Of a DNA stretch of 64,000 nt, positions 46,553-54,719 are shown piece by piece. The stretch comes from Candidatus Woesebacteria bacterium UBA1430. Lineage in GTDB: Bacteria > Patescibacteriota > Microgenomatia > UBA8517. The DNA lies in the NCBI GenBank assembly GCA_002329465.1, contig DCTW01000004.1, forward strand, positions 66,933 to 130,932, read 5' to 3'. A program made the position numbers and the translations under genes. Positions within the stretch are counted from its first letter, which is position 1. Each line of letters begins with the position of its first letter. The notes under the pieces were generated by a model, which was not told the origin of the DNA, did not search any database, and worked only from the letters and a program-made list of their open reading frames with translations.

Positions 46553-46903
46553 ATGAAATTAAAAAAACCCAATCTAAACTTTCTGCCCAAACCTGCTGTT
46601 ACAATAACAATATTTCTACTAAACATAATTGTACTTATTTTTATCTTCGCGGTTAAAAACCTCCTGCCCCCGGAAATACCGCTTCTTTACGGCAAACCAA
46701 GTGGGGAAGAGCAGCTTGTACCAAAAATTTACCTTTTTATACCGCCATCTCTTGCAATCGTCTTTCTACTTCTTAACTTAATTTTAATAAAATTCATTAA
46801 AGATAAATTTCTTCAATATTCGCTTTTATCCCTCTCCTTAATTATTACGATCCTTTCAACAATCACAGTATTAAAAATAATTTCAATAGTTGGGAATCTT
46901 TAA
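46553..46903 (+). CDS. Small 3-4 TM membrane protein, unknown function
   Basis: 116-aa hydrophobic ORF. TAATG overlap with the WecA-like gene. Confidence 0.45.
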   Translation: MKLKKPNLNFLPKPAVTITIFLLNIIVLIFIFAVKNLLPPEIPLLYGKPSGEEQLVPKIYLFIPPSLAIVFLLLNLILIKFIKDKFLQYSLLSLSLIITILSTITVLKIISIVGNL

Positions 46904-47967
46904 TGATAATAGATATTTTTTTTATCCCTTTTCTATTGGCCACCGTCATATCTCTCTTGTCCACATATCCGACAATTAAATTGGCATGGAAGCTAAATCT
47001 TATCGACGATCCCCAAAAGAACAAACATCCCAAAGTTATCCATAAAATCAAAACTCCGCGAGGAGGCGGTCTGGCAATATTTATATCAATCCTGCTTACA
47101 AGCTTAATTTTCCTGCCACTCGACAAACATCTCAAAGGAATTATCTGTGGGGCAACAATTCTAACAGCACTGGGCCTGCTCGACGACAAATATAATCTAA
47201 ACCCGTATCTAAGACTGATAGTACAATTTACAGCCGCAAGCATGCCAATTATAGCCGGAATAGGCATCGCCTTTTGGAAAAGCCCTTTCGGCAATATAAT
47301 TGATCTTTCACAACCCCAAATAAATCTATTTCTTTTAGGAGAAACAAGATCAATCTGGATTCTATCTGATTTATTTGCGCTTTTCTGGATCGTAGCTATT
47401 ATGAATTTTCTGAACATGGGAGCTAAAGGCGTTGACGGCCAGCTAACCGGAGTTGTTGCAATCGCGGCACTAACAATAAGCCTGCTTTCGCTTAAATTTT
47501 CAGCAGATATCACCGAATGGCATACAACCACTCTCGGCGCAATTACCTTCGGAAGCTTTTTAGGTTTCTTACCTTGGCACATCTATCCTCAAAAAATAAT
47601 GCCAAGCTTCTCTGGGTCGAACCTTGGAGGCTATATGCTTGCAATTCTTTCAATTCTTACAACAGCAAAAGTAGGAACACTTGCATTAGTTCTCGCAGTG
47701 CCGCTTGTAGATACTACATATATAATAATCAGACGAGTTCTTTCTGGTAAATCACCTGTCTGGGGTGACAATAGGCATTTGCACCACAAACTTCTAGAAA
47801 GCGGCCTAAGCATTAAACAAGTTGCCGCCTTCTATTGGGCTGTAACGGCTGTCTTCGGAATACTCTCGCTGTTTTTGAACTCGGAAAATAAACTGTATAC
47901 TATGATAGGAGTAGCCCTCCTTACAGGAGGAATTACCTTATGGCTAAATCACAAACAAAAACAATAA
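46903..47967 (+). CDS. Polyprenyl-phosphate HexNAc-1-phosphate transferase (MraY/WecA/TagO family, GT4)
   Basis: LIDDPQKNKHPKVIHKIKTPRGGG, LGLLDDKYNLNP, NFLNMGAKGVDGQ; 10-11 TMs. Confidence 0.85.
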   Translation: MIIDIFFIPFLLATVISLLSTYPTIKLAWKLNLIDDPQKNKHPKVIHKIKTPRGGGLAIFISILLTSLIFLPLDKHLKGIICGATILTALGLLDDKYNLNPYLRLIVQFTAASMPIIAGIGIAFWKSPFGNIIDLSQPQINLFLLGETRSIWILSDLFALFWIVAIMNFLNMGAKGVDGQLTGVVAIAALTISLLSLKFSADITEWHTTTLGAITFGSFLGFLPWHIYPQKIMPSFSGSNLGGYMLAILSILTTAKVGTLALVLAVPLVDTTYIIIRRVLSGKSPVWGDNRHLHHKLLESGLSIKQVAAFYWAVTAVFGILSLFLNSENKLYTMIGVALLTGGITLWLNHKQKQ

Positions 47968-48887
47968 TAGGCATCATAAAAATTTCCAGACCCATCCACT
48001 GGGTTAAAAATTTCGGAATTTTCGCAGCACTTATATTTTCAAACAATCTCTTTAACAAGCCCATGTTTATCAAAACTTTCTGGGGATTTTGGATATTCAA
48101 CGTCGCGGCAAGCGCAACCTACACATTCAACGATATTCTCGATGCAAAAAGAGACCGCCTCCACCCAATCAAAAAGGAAAGACCAATAGCAAAAGGGGAT
48201 ATTAAACCCCAAACCGCACTTTTTCTTTCTGGAATACTTGCGCTAATATCACTCACCAGCGCACTTTATCTCTCTGAAATATTTTTCTTACTAATCCTTG
48301 CTTATCTATTAATTCAGATTTCGTATTCGCTCTTTCTCAAAAGCCTCCATGTTATAGACATTCTGATTATCGCAACAGGCTTTATTATTCGAGTATATTC
48401 TGGCGCTTTTCTTATTAATGCTCACTTATCCGTATGGTTCTTGTTGTGTGTAATCTCGGTAGCACTTTTTCTCGCATCAGGTAAAAGAAGAGCAGAGCTA
48501 AGCATAATGGGTAGATCAGCAAAAACAAGGCAAAGCCTTTCAAAATACAGCCCCGAGCTTCTAAATTCCTACGTTACAATGTTTGGTAACGCTGCGTGGA
48601 TGAGCTGGGCTCTTTTTTCATTTTTTGAATCTCCACAAGCATCGCTTCCTCTGTGGCTAATCTTGGCCGAATTTTCAAAAACCACAACGGTAAACAAATT
48701 AATGATGATAACAATACCCATTGCAATCTTCGGCATTATGCGGTACGAAAGCTTAATATTCGAAGGCAAATCCGAAACTCCTGAAAAACTTCTTCTCTCG
48801 GATAAATCGCTCATCGCCTCTGTGGCAATATGGGTTGCAATTATAATTTGGATTCTTTACGGCAACATCGCGGCCTATTCGGCCTAA
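47940..48887 (+). CDS. UbiA-family prenyltransferase resembling decaprenyl-phosphate phosphoribosyltransferase (DPPR synthase)
   Basis: SRPIHWVKNFGIFAALIF, NDILDAKRDRLHPIKKERPIAKG (NDxxDxxxD). AGGAGG SD 10 nt upstream, inside the wecA-like 3' end. Confidence 0.78.
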   Translation: MAKSQTKTIIGIIKISRPIHWVKNFGIFAALIFSNNLFNKPMFIKTFWGFWIFNVAASATYTFNDILDAKRDRLHPIKKERPIAKGDIKPQTALFLSGILALISLTSALYLSEIFFLLILAYLLIQISYSLFLKSLHVIDILIIATGFIIRVYSGAFLINAHLSVWFLLCVISVALFLASGKRRAELSIMGRSAKTRQSLSKYSPELLNSYVTMFGNAAWMSWALFSFFESPQASLPLWLILAEFSKTTTVNKLMMITIPIAIFGIMRYESLIFEGKSETPEKLLLSDKSLIASVAIWVAIIIWILYGNIAAYSA

Positions 48888-49738
48888 TCATCGGCGATTT
48901 CTGCCGATTCTGTGGCATATTCCGAAGATATCCAACCTTCAATTCCCTCGTCAAATTTAATCTTATACCATCCGGCAACGCTATCGCGATCCAAAAGCTC
49001 ATACTTTTCACCCGGATCAACCCTTCCAACCTCTTCAGAACTGGTAGAGGGCTCCTCCCTCACTCTTAAAAACCCGGTAGGAGTATTAAGTATTTCAACT
49101 TCTAGTGGGGAAGAGGGCCAAGAATTGTTAATTTCTTCCAAAACATCACTTTGTGCATTTTCATCTTTTTCTAAATCAACCAAAGCTGTCAAAGTATATC
49201 CAGAATAGGCATTAACCGAAAAAGCTCTTTCAAAATAGCCGTCCAAAAAAAGTCTAATTTCATGAACACCCTCTGAAACATCTTCAATTAATAAAGGAGT
49301 TAGATCAACTATCCTGTCATCAAAATAAACTTGCGCACCGTCTGGTCTCGAAATAACGGAAACATTTGCATTTTTCCCACCTGTTTTTTCAAAAGATATC
49401 TCTTCGCCGGAAGAATCCTCCACCGACTCCCCAAGTTTGCGTCGCACAATAGTTTTAACACCACGAACTAACTCTATTTTAGTATCATATGCCATTAAAG
49501 GCTTATCCAAAGCCTCCGGTACAAGCCTAACCGCTACCTCTCGTGCCGCAAACTCTCTCTCAAAAGGAGTCCTACCCACCTGTTCACCGTTAATATATAC
49601 CTGTGCAACAGGGTCAGATTCAATTAATAAAGAGGCTTTCCTATTTTTATGGTAAAACCAAACCCCAAAAGACAGAAAAAAAACCAATAATATAAAAAAA
49701 AACAAAAAAAATATTTTTTTTCTAGAGGTCACGTTCAA
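48884..49738 (-). CDS. Membrane-anchored PEGA-repeat / SH3b-domain wall-associated protein
   Basis: N-terminal TM; two PEGA-like units (ESDPVAQVYINGEQVGRTP; SRPDGAQVYFDDRIVDLTP); C-terminal SH3b (LRVREEPSTSSEEVGRVDPGEKYELL...GWYKIKF...GWISSEY). Confidence 0.7.
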   Translation of the reverse strand: MNVTSRKKIFFLFFFILLVFFLSFGVWFYHKNRKASLLIESDPVAQVYINGEQVGRTPFEREFAAREVAVRLVPEALDKPLMAYDTKIELVRGVKTIVRRKLGESVEDSSGEEISFEKTGGKNANVSVISRPDGAQVYFDDRIVDLTPLLIEDVSEGVHEIRLFLDGYFERAFSVNAYSGYTLTALVDLEKDENAQSDVLEEINNSWPSSPLEVEILNTPTGFLRVREEPSTSSEEVGRVDPGEKYELLDRDSVAGWYKIKFDEGIEGWISSEYATESAEIADD

Positions 49739-49781
49739 AAGTTTATAATCTTAAAAACAAAATTACAAGTATATATTTATC

Positions 49782-49810
49782 TTGACAAATAAAAAGATTT
49801 TTTCTACTAT
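49782..49810 (+). promoter_or_regulatory. hsp20 promoter (TTGACA-17 nt-TACTAT)
   Basis: Hexamers at 49782..49787 and 49805..49810. CIRCE starts 5 nt downstream. Confidence 0.7.
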
Positions 49811-49814
49811 ATAT

Positions 49815-49841
49815 TTAGCACTCAATTAGCGGGAGTGATAA
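49815..49841 (+). promoter_or_regulatory. CIRCE operator in the hsp20 leader
   Basis: TTAGCACTC-AATTAGCGG-GAGTGATAA (one mismatch to the consensus). Confidence 0.85.
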
Positions 49842-49879
49842 ACCACTTCCCCATCAACCAATAAAAGGAGGTGATAAAT

Positions 49880-50266
49880 ATGGCAATCACAAGATGGGAT
49901 CCGTTTTTACGATTTCCAAGAATCTTCGAAGACCTCGAAGAACCATTCCAAAAAGGGCTAAAAATAAAAGAAACGGACAACGACATAATCGCTGAAGCCG
50001 TTGTTGCAGGAGTACCTGCAAAAGACGTTGAAGTTAACATCGAAGACGGCGTACTTGCCATCAAAGCAAAGGCAAGCGAAAAAACCAAAAAAGAAAACGA
50101 AAAGCGCTATGCCCAATATGACTACTATTATTCTGCTGCTCTTTCGGGAGGCCAGTGGGATAAAGCCGAAGCTGAGGTAGAAAACGGAGTTGTCTATGTA
50201 ACAATTCCCAAAGCCGAAGCTGCAAGGCCAAAAAAAATCACAGTAAAAGAAAAAAAGTCAGAATAA
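49880..50266 (+). CDS. Small heat-shock protein, Hsp20/alpha-crystallin family
   Basis: RWDPF, IIAEAVVAGVPAKDVEVNIEDGVLAIKA, ENGVVYVTIPK. ATG 49880 is preceded by AAAGGAGGTGA (the track start 49871 is the GTG inside the SD). Confidence 0.9.
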   Translation: MAITRWDPFLRFPRIFEDLEEPFQKGLKIKETDNDIIAEAVVAGVPAKDVEVNIEDGVLAIKAKASEKTKKENEKRYAQYDYYYSAALSGGQWDKAEAEVENGVVYVTIPKAEAARPKKITVKEKKSE

Positions 50267-50284
50267 TCTAAATTATCTTTTACG

Positions 50285-50318
50285 CCCCCCCCCGAGCTTG
50301 GCTTGGGGGGGGAATTTT
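50285..50318 (+). terminator. GC-clamp hairpin terminator after hsp20 (possibly shared with the convergent orf118)
   Basis: C9-GAGC-TTG-GCTT-G8 gives a roughly 12-bp stem with a 3-nt loop, followed by AATTTT. Confidence 0.75.
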
Positions 50319-50325
50319 ACAAAAA

Positions 50326-50682
50326 TCAATCAGGTAATCCAGTCCCACCTTGTATATTTCCTCCTCCTAAAACATAAGCTTCTATAACCCCGCAAGCCCG
50401 GTTAAACAACACATTTTGAGATTCATCAAATCTTTCTTGTCCTAATTGTTCAACTATTTTTCGGGACAAAACAAAAGTGTCCACCCGTCCTTCATCCAAT
50501 AAAGTTTCTAAAACCCTTTCCTTCCACCATGCATCATGTAGTTCAGGGGCTATATGAATGTCTCTTTCTTCAAGTCTCTGTCTATATTCTTTAAGCTTTG
50601 TCCCCAATCTCTGAGCTAATATAGAATCTTCAGGTAGCTCAATAACATGCGATTTATTTCCTGAATCAAATTCTCCTGTCAT
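50326..50682 (-). CDS. Hypothetical 118-aa soluble protein
   Basis: ORF only; no motif recognised. Ends with a Gly-rich tail (GGGNIQGGTGLPD). Confidence 0.45.
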   Translation of the reverse strand: MTGEFDSGNKSHVIELPEDSILAQRLGTKLKEYRQRLEERDIHIAPELHDAWWKERVLETLLDEGRVDTFVLSRKIVEQLGQERFDESQNVLFNRACGVIEAYVLGGGNIQGGTGLPD

Positions 50683-50800
50683 ATTCTCACCCCCTACTTT
50701 TTAGGCAGAAAATTAAAGTCACTCTTTATAAATCAAATAAAAAAGAGTGTCAATAAATTTCTTTATGTTTAAAAGAAAATAGATTAAAATATACTCATTC

Positions 50801-50872
50801 GATCCGGTGGCGAAGTGGAAACGCTGCGGTCTGCAAAACCGCGATGCGCGGGTTCGATTCCCGCCCGGATCT
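50801..50872 (+). tRNA. tRNA-Cys (anticodon GCA); CCA not encoded
   Basis: Hand-folded. Acceptor GATCCGG/CCGGATC, anticodon stem GCGGT/ACCGC with loop CTGCAAA, T arm GCGGG-TTCGATT-CCCGC, discriminator T followed by CAA. Confidence 0.9.
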
Positions 50873-50896
50873 CAAAAACAATTAAGCCCAATGCCG

Positions 50897-50905
50897 TGTT
50901 ATAAT
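50897..50905 (+). promoter_or_regulatory. Extended -10 promoter (TGtTATAAT) for galU, with the ATG 13 nt downstream
   Basis: The same TGTTATAAT nonamer as upstream of the fem gene. No SD. Confidence 0.4.
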
Positions 50906-50918
50906 AATCTTCACTTCT

Positions 50919-51827
50919 ATGGCAAAAGTGAAAAAACATAAAAAAATTACAAAGGCTGTTATAACTGCCGCCGGATACGGGACCAGGTTTTTACCAGCTA
51001 CAAAAAATATACCCAAAGAGCTTCTACCAATTATTAATAAACCGACAATAAGCTATGTTGTTGATCAGTGTATTGAAGCAGGAATTAAAGATATAATTAT
51101 TGTCACAAGATTTGGTAACCACGCCGTTGAAGACTATTTTGACTCCGAACCTGCACTTGAGAAATATTTAATAGATAAAGGAAAACAAGAGCTGACAAAG
51201 GAGATCAGGGGAGTTTATAAGGGAGCAAACTTTATTTTTGTCCGCCAAAATCCTGATTTGCCTTATGGCAATGCCGCGCCGCTTTATTCGGTCAGAAATC
51301 TTATCCAGGATGAACCATTTATCTATTCTTGGGGTGACGACATTATCCTTGGTAAACAGGTCGGAGTTGTCGAGCTAGTAAAAAGCTACAAAAAAGACCC
51401 CTGCGACATAATTTTAAATTGTATCAGAACCACTAAAGAAGAAATTTCAAAAACAGGTGCTGAAGTCAAAATAAAAAAAGGGACGCTCGATCAAGTGGAG
51501 GCTTTACCGGAAAAACCGCCGGTTGAAAAAGTAAAAAGCGATCTGCTTTCAACCGCTCCTTACTTGGTTACACCTAAAATATTCAAATATCTTGACCCCA
51601 GAAAAGATGCGAGAACTGGAGAATTTCTTTTTCAAAAGGGTGTTGAGGGGATCATTAAGGATGGTGGATATGTCCGAGCCAGCGTGACCAAGGGTCGCTG
51701 GCTAACCATGGGTGATCCGCTTAATTATCTTAAAGCCACTGTTGAAATTGCGCTCTACCGCGATGATCTGCGTGAAAGTTTTATTAATTACCTAAAGTTA
51801 AGAGTAAAAGAACTAAATGGAATCTAG
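50919..51827 (+). CDS. galU: UTP--glucose-1-phosphate uridylyltransferase-like sugar nucleotidyltransferase
   Basis: KAVITAAGYGTRFLPATKNIPKELLPI. N-terminal NTP-transferase fold. Confidence 0.82.
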   Translation: MAKVKKHKKITKAVITAAGYGTRFLPATKNIPKELLPIINKPTISYVVDQCIEAGIKDIIIVTRFGNHAVEDYFDSEPALEKYLIDKGKQELTKEIRGVYKGANFIFVRQNPDLPYGNAAPLYSVRNLIQDEPFIYSWGDDIILGKQVGVVELVKSYKKDPCDIILNCIRTTKEEISKTGAEVKIKKGTLDQVEALPEKPPVEKVKSDLLSTAPYLVTPKIFKYLDPRKDARTGEFLFQKGVEGIIKDGGYVRASVTKGRWLTMGDPLNYLKATVEIALYRDDLRESFINYLKLRVKELNGI

Positions 51828-52720
51828 TATTGCAAAGATTTTTCCACTAGAAAGAATTTACCCCCGCTTTCTCCTATAATTCCCTTTATTGTCATTACTG
51901 TCAAAGCCGAAGACACCCTTGAAATATCCTCAGATAAAGCTTGAGAAATTTCATCCGCCCCCAAAGGCTCGCGCGCCAAAAGATTTAAAATCTTCTTTTC
52001 AAAAAAATCTAAATTAGATTTTTCATACTCCCTCTTTGCCGTCCTTTTCATTGATAAAATATCATAAGGCTCTGTCGCCATCTTAGCAAAACCTTTCTTA
52101 ATAAAATAATTAGTCCCCTGCGAAGTCAACGAATCAATAGGTCCGGGCACTGCCCATATCTTTCTACCCATAGAGCGGGCAAGCCTCGCAGTAATCAAAG
52201 AACCGCTCTTAATTCCAGCCTCAATAATCAAAACGCCCACAGAAGTTACTCCTGCTACAATTCTATTTCTTTGAGGGAACTTCCACAAATGAGGCTTTGC
52301 ATTTTTCTCATATTCGCTCAAAACAAGCCCATCGTTTTCAAGTATTTGAGCATAAAGCTTTTTATTCTCAGGCGGATAAACTACATCAAGCCCACAGCCA
52401 AAAACCGCCACGGTTTTGCCGCCGACCTCAAGCGTTTCACTAGCAACTTCCGTATCAACGCCGTACATAAACCCACTTACAGTCACAACTCCCTCCGAAA
52501 CGAGAGTTGGAATAAATCTCTTAACAACATTCCTTCCATATCGTGTCATTCTCCTGCTGCCGACAACACCAAGGATTTTAGATGTTAATATATCAATATT
52601 ACCTCTATAAAAAATCCTTTTTGGAGAATTTTTTATTTCAGACAATCTCTTAGGATAAATTTTATCTCCAATTTTTACGCTTTTAATCTCAAAATCTTGA
52701 TAATTCATGTATTTATACAC
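51824..52720 (-). CDS. dprA: DNA processing protein DprA (Smf)
   Basis: GSRRMTRYG, VSGFMYGVDT, VLIIEAGIKSGSLITARLA...RKIWAVPG, C-terminal winged helix. Confidence 0.88.
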   Translation of the reverse strand: MYKYMNYQDFEIKSVKIGDKIYPKRLSEIKNSPKRIFYRGNIDILTSKILGVVGSRRMTRYGRNVVKRFIPTLVSEGVVTVSGFMYGVDTEVASETLEVGGKTVAVFGCGLDVVYPPENKKLYAQILENDGLVLSEYEKNAKPHLWKFPQRNRIVAGVTSVGVLIIEAGIKSGSLITARLARSMGRKIWAVPGPIDSLTSQGTNYFIKKGFAKMATEPYDILSMKRTAKREYEKSNLDFFEKKILNLLAREPLGADEISQALSEDISRVSSALTVMTIKGIIGESGGKFFLVEKSLQY

Positions 52721-52725
52721 AAAAT

Positions 52726-53103
52726 CTAAAACCCCACGTTTTCATAATGGTCAATCCTGTCAACCCCTCCCATCTCATTAAATACTATGGCAACGACATC
52801 AATGCGGTATTTTTCATACTTTCGCGCCAAATCAGCTCTCGCAACAAGAAAACTATCGGCTATTCTTTGAATTTGATTTATTTTTCTTTTGTCCACCATC
52901 TCCTCCGGAGTACCAAAGTCATCCCCCACCTTTGCCTTTACTTCTACAAAAATTATTTCATCCCCATCCAAAAAAATTAAATCTATCTCGCCATACCTCG
53001 TCCTATAATTCCTAGCAAGCAAGCCGTAGCCCTTTTTACAAAGATAATCCTCACCAACCTCCTCTCCATATCTGCCTTTCGGCAAATTATATCGTTTACT
53101 CAT
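52726..53103 (-). CDS. yraN: YraN family (UPF0102) PD-(D/E)XK endonuclease
   Basis: GEEVGEDYLCKKGY, YGEIDLIF, IIFVEVKAK, YRIDVVAI. Confidence 0.85.
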   Translation of the reverse strand: MSKRYNLPKGRYGEEVGEDYLCKKGYGLLARNYRTRYGEIDLIFLDGDEIIFVEVKAKVGDDFGTPEEMVDKRKINQIQRIADSFLVARADLARKYEKYRIDVVAIVFNEMGGVDRIDHYENVGF

Positions 53104-54636
53104 TTAATCGCTTGACCGCACTCTATACTGAAGCGCTTCGGCAACACAAGTAGCATCAATATCCTTTCTTCCTGCCAAATCGGCAATCGTTCTTGCCACT
53201 TTTATAATCCTAAAATATGTTCTTGCGGATAATCCATAGGTATTAACCGCCTGTTTTAAAATTGCCTGTCCCGCGCTATCAAGCACGCAGTACTTCTTAA
53301 TATGCTTATTTTTCATGTCCGAATTTGTATAAATCCCGTCTTTCTCAAACCTTTTTAATTGTATTTTTCTCGCCCTCAAAACACGCTCCCGCACAGAAAT
53401 CGATCGTTCAGGTTTCTTTACAACACCTCTCTCCATCAGCTCATCAACATCCAAAGCGGGAACATTAATGTGTATATCAATTCTATCCATCAAAGGTCCA
53501 GAGAGCTTTGTCTGATACCTCATTATCTGCCTAGGGCTACATTTACACTCACGCTTAGCATCCCCCAAATAGCCGCACGGGCAAGGATTACTGGCCGCAA
53601 CAAGCATAAAAGAAGCCGGAAACTTTACACTTCCGGCAGCCCTTGTTATAGAAACTTCACCATCCTCCATTGGCTGCCTCAAAGCCTCAAGCGTTCCTCT
53701 GCTAAATTCAGGAAACTCATCCAAAAACAAAACTCCACGGTGAGCAAGCGAGATCTCCCCGGGGTGAGGATTGCTTCCACCGCCTATAAGCCCAATCCTG
53801 CTTGTTGTATGATGAGATACTCGAAACGGCCTGTCATAAACAAGGCTTGCCCCAGCAGGCAAATTCCCCGAAACCGAATATATCTTAGTTACTTCAAGAC
53901 TTTCCTTTTCGCTCAATGGAGGCAAAATTCCGGCCATCGCTCTTGCAAGCATGGTTTTCCCCGATCCCGGAGGACCTTGCATATGAACATTGTGCCCACC
54001 GGAAGCAGCAATCTCCAAAGCCCGCTTTGCGCTCTCCTGCCCCAGTATGTCGGAAAAATCAATCTCCGGAAATATATCTTCATGAATATCGATTTCTTTC
54101 AAACCACGAAACACGCCAATTTGCCCTCCTCCATTAAAATGAGAAAGAATTTGTGCCAAATTCTCAACCGGATAAACCCGCACTCCACTCACCACAGCAG
54201 CCTCAAATGAAGAATCTTTAGGAACAAATAAACTTTTTATTCCACGCTCTTTTGCATAAAGAGCAAGAAGTAAAACCCCCTTAGTATGTCTTAAACTTCC
54301 ATCCAGCGAAAGCTCTCCATAAAAAAACATCTTTTCCGAAGGCAAGCTTATAGCTTCCAAAGATCTTAAAATCCCGCATGCAATTGGCAAATCATAACTG
54401 CTTCCTTCCTTGGGAATATCGGCAGGAGCAAGATTAACCACTATCTTTGCGTTCGGAAACTCAACTCCACTATTAACAAGCGCCGTCTTCACTCGCTCCT
54501 TCGCTTCCTCAACAGACTTACTGGGAAGCCCAATAATATTAAATCCCGGAAAACCTTTTTTAGCAATATTTACCTCAACTTCAACAGGCAACGTATCAAG
54601 TCCAAAGTGCGTAGCAGACATTACCTTCGTAAGCAT
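53104..54636 (-). CDS. comM: Mg-chelatase-like AAA+ ATPase YifB/ComM
   Basis: Lon-like N-domain, DFSDILGQESAKRALEIAASGGHN, GPPGSGKTMLA, GVLFLDEFPEF, a CxxC zinc motif and a C-terminal ChlI helical domain. Confidence 0.92.
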   Translation of the reverse strand: MLTKVMSATHFGLDTLPVEVEVNIAKKGFPGFNIIGLPSKSVEEAKERVKTALVNSGVEFPNAKIVVNLAPADIPKEGSSYDLPIACGILRSLEAISLPSEKMFFYGELSLDGSLRHTKGVLLLALYAKERGIKSLFVPKDSSFEAAVVSGVRVYPVENLAQILSHFNGGGQIGVFRGLKEIDIHEDIFPEIDFSDILGQESAKRALEIAASGGHNVHMQGPPGSGKTMLARAMAGILPPLSEKESLEVTKIYSVSGNLPAGASLVYDRPFRVSHHTTSRIGLIGGGSNPHPGEISLAHRGVLFLDEFPEFSRGTLEALRQPMEDGEVSITRAAGSVKFPASFMLVAASNPCPCGYLGDAKRECKCSPRQIMRYQTKLSGPLMDRIDIHINVPALDVDELMERGVVKKPERSISVRERVLRARKIQLKRFEKDGIYTNSDMKNKHIKKYCVLDSAGQAILKQAVNTYGLSARTYFRIIKVARTIADLAGRKDIDATCVAEALQYRVRSSD

Positions 54637-54684
54637 TAAAAAATATTTTACTTTAAAAAAACTCCCCTTTTCCAGAGATAATCG

Positions 54685-54713
54685 TTGATTTAAATTTCAA
54701 AACATCCTATAAT
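54685..54713 (+). promoter_or_regulatory. Near-consensus promoter (TTGATT-17 nt-TATAAT), with the orf171 ATG 6 nt downstream (leaderless geometry)
   Basis: Hexamers at 54685..54690 and 54708..54713; ATATTT, then ATG 54720; no SD. Confidence 0.55.
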
Positions 54714-54719
54714 ATATTT

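Noticed and set aside
46863-47582. 239-aa minus-strand ORF
   Set aside because: It is fully antisense to the WecA/MraY-family gene, which has clear catalytic motifs. It has no motifs of its own.
50720-50749. 8-bp inverted repeat CACTCTTT-N14-AAAGAGTG upstream of orf118
   Set aside because: An AT-rich, short stem with a long loop is easily produced by chance in this composition, and no second copy was seen.
50683-50919. tRNA-Cys as an integration hotspot or island boundary
   Set aside because: I saw no integrase and no duplicated tRNA 3' segment that could serve as an attachment site. The flanking genes (hsp20, galU) are housekeeping.
53359-54210. 283-aa plus-strand ORF
   Set aside because: It is antisense to comM (Walker A/B and the ChlI domain are on the minus strand). 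Its low-complexity, basic composition is typical of shadow ORFs.
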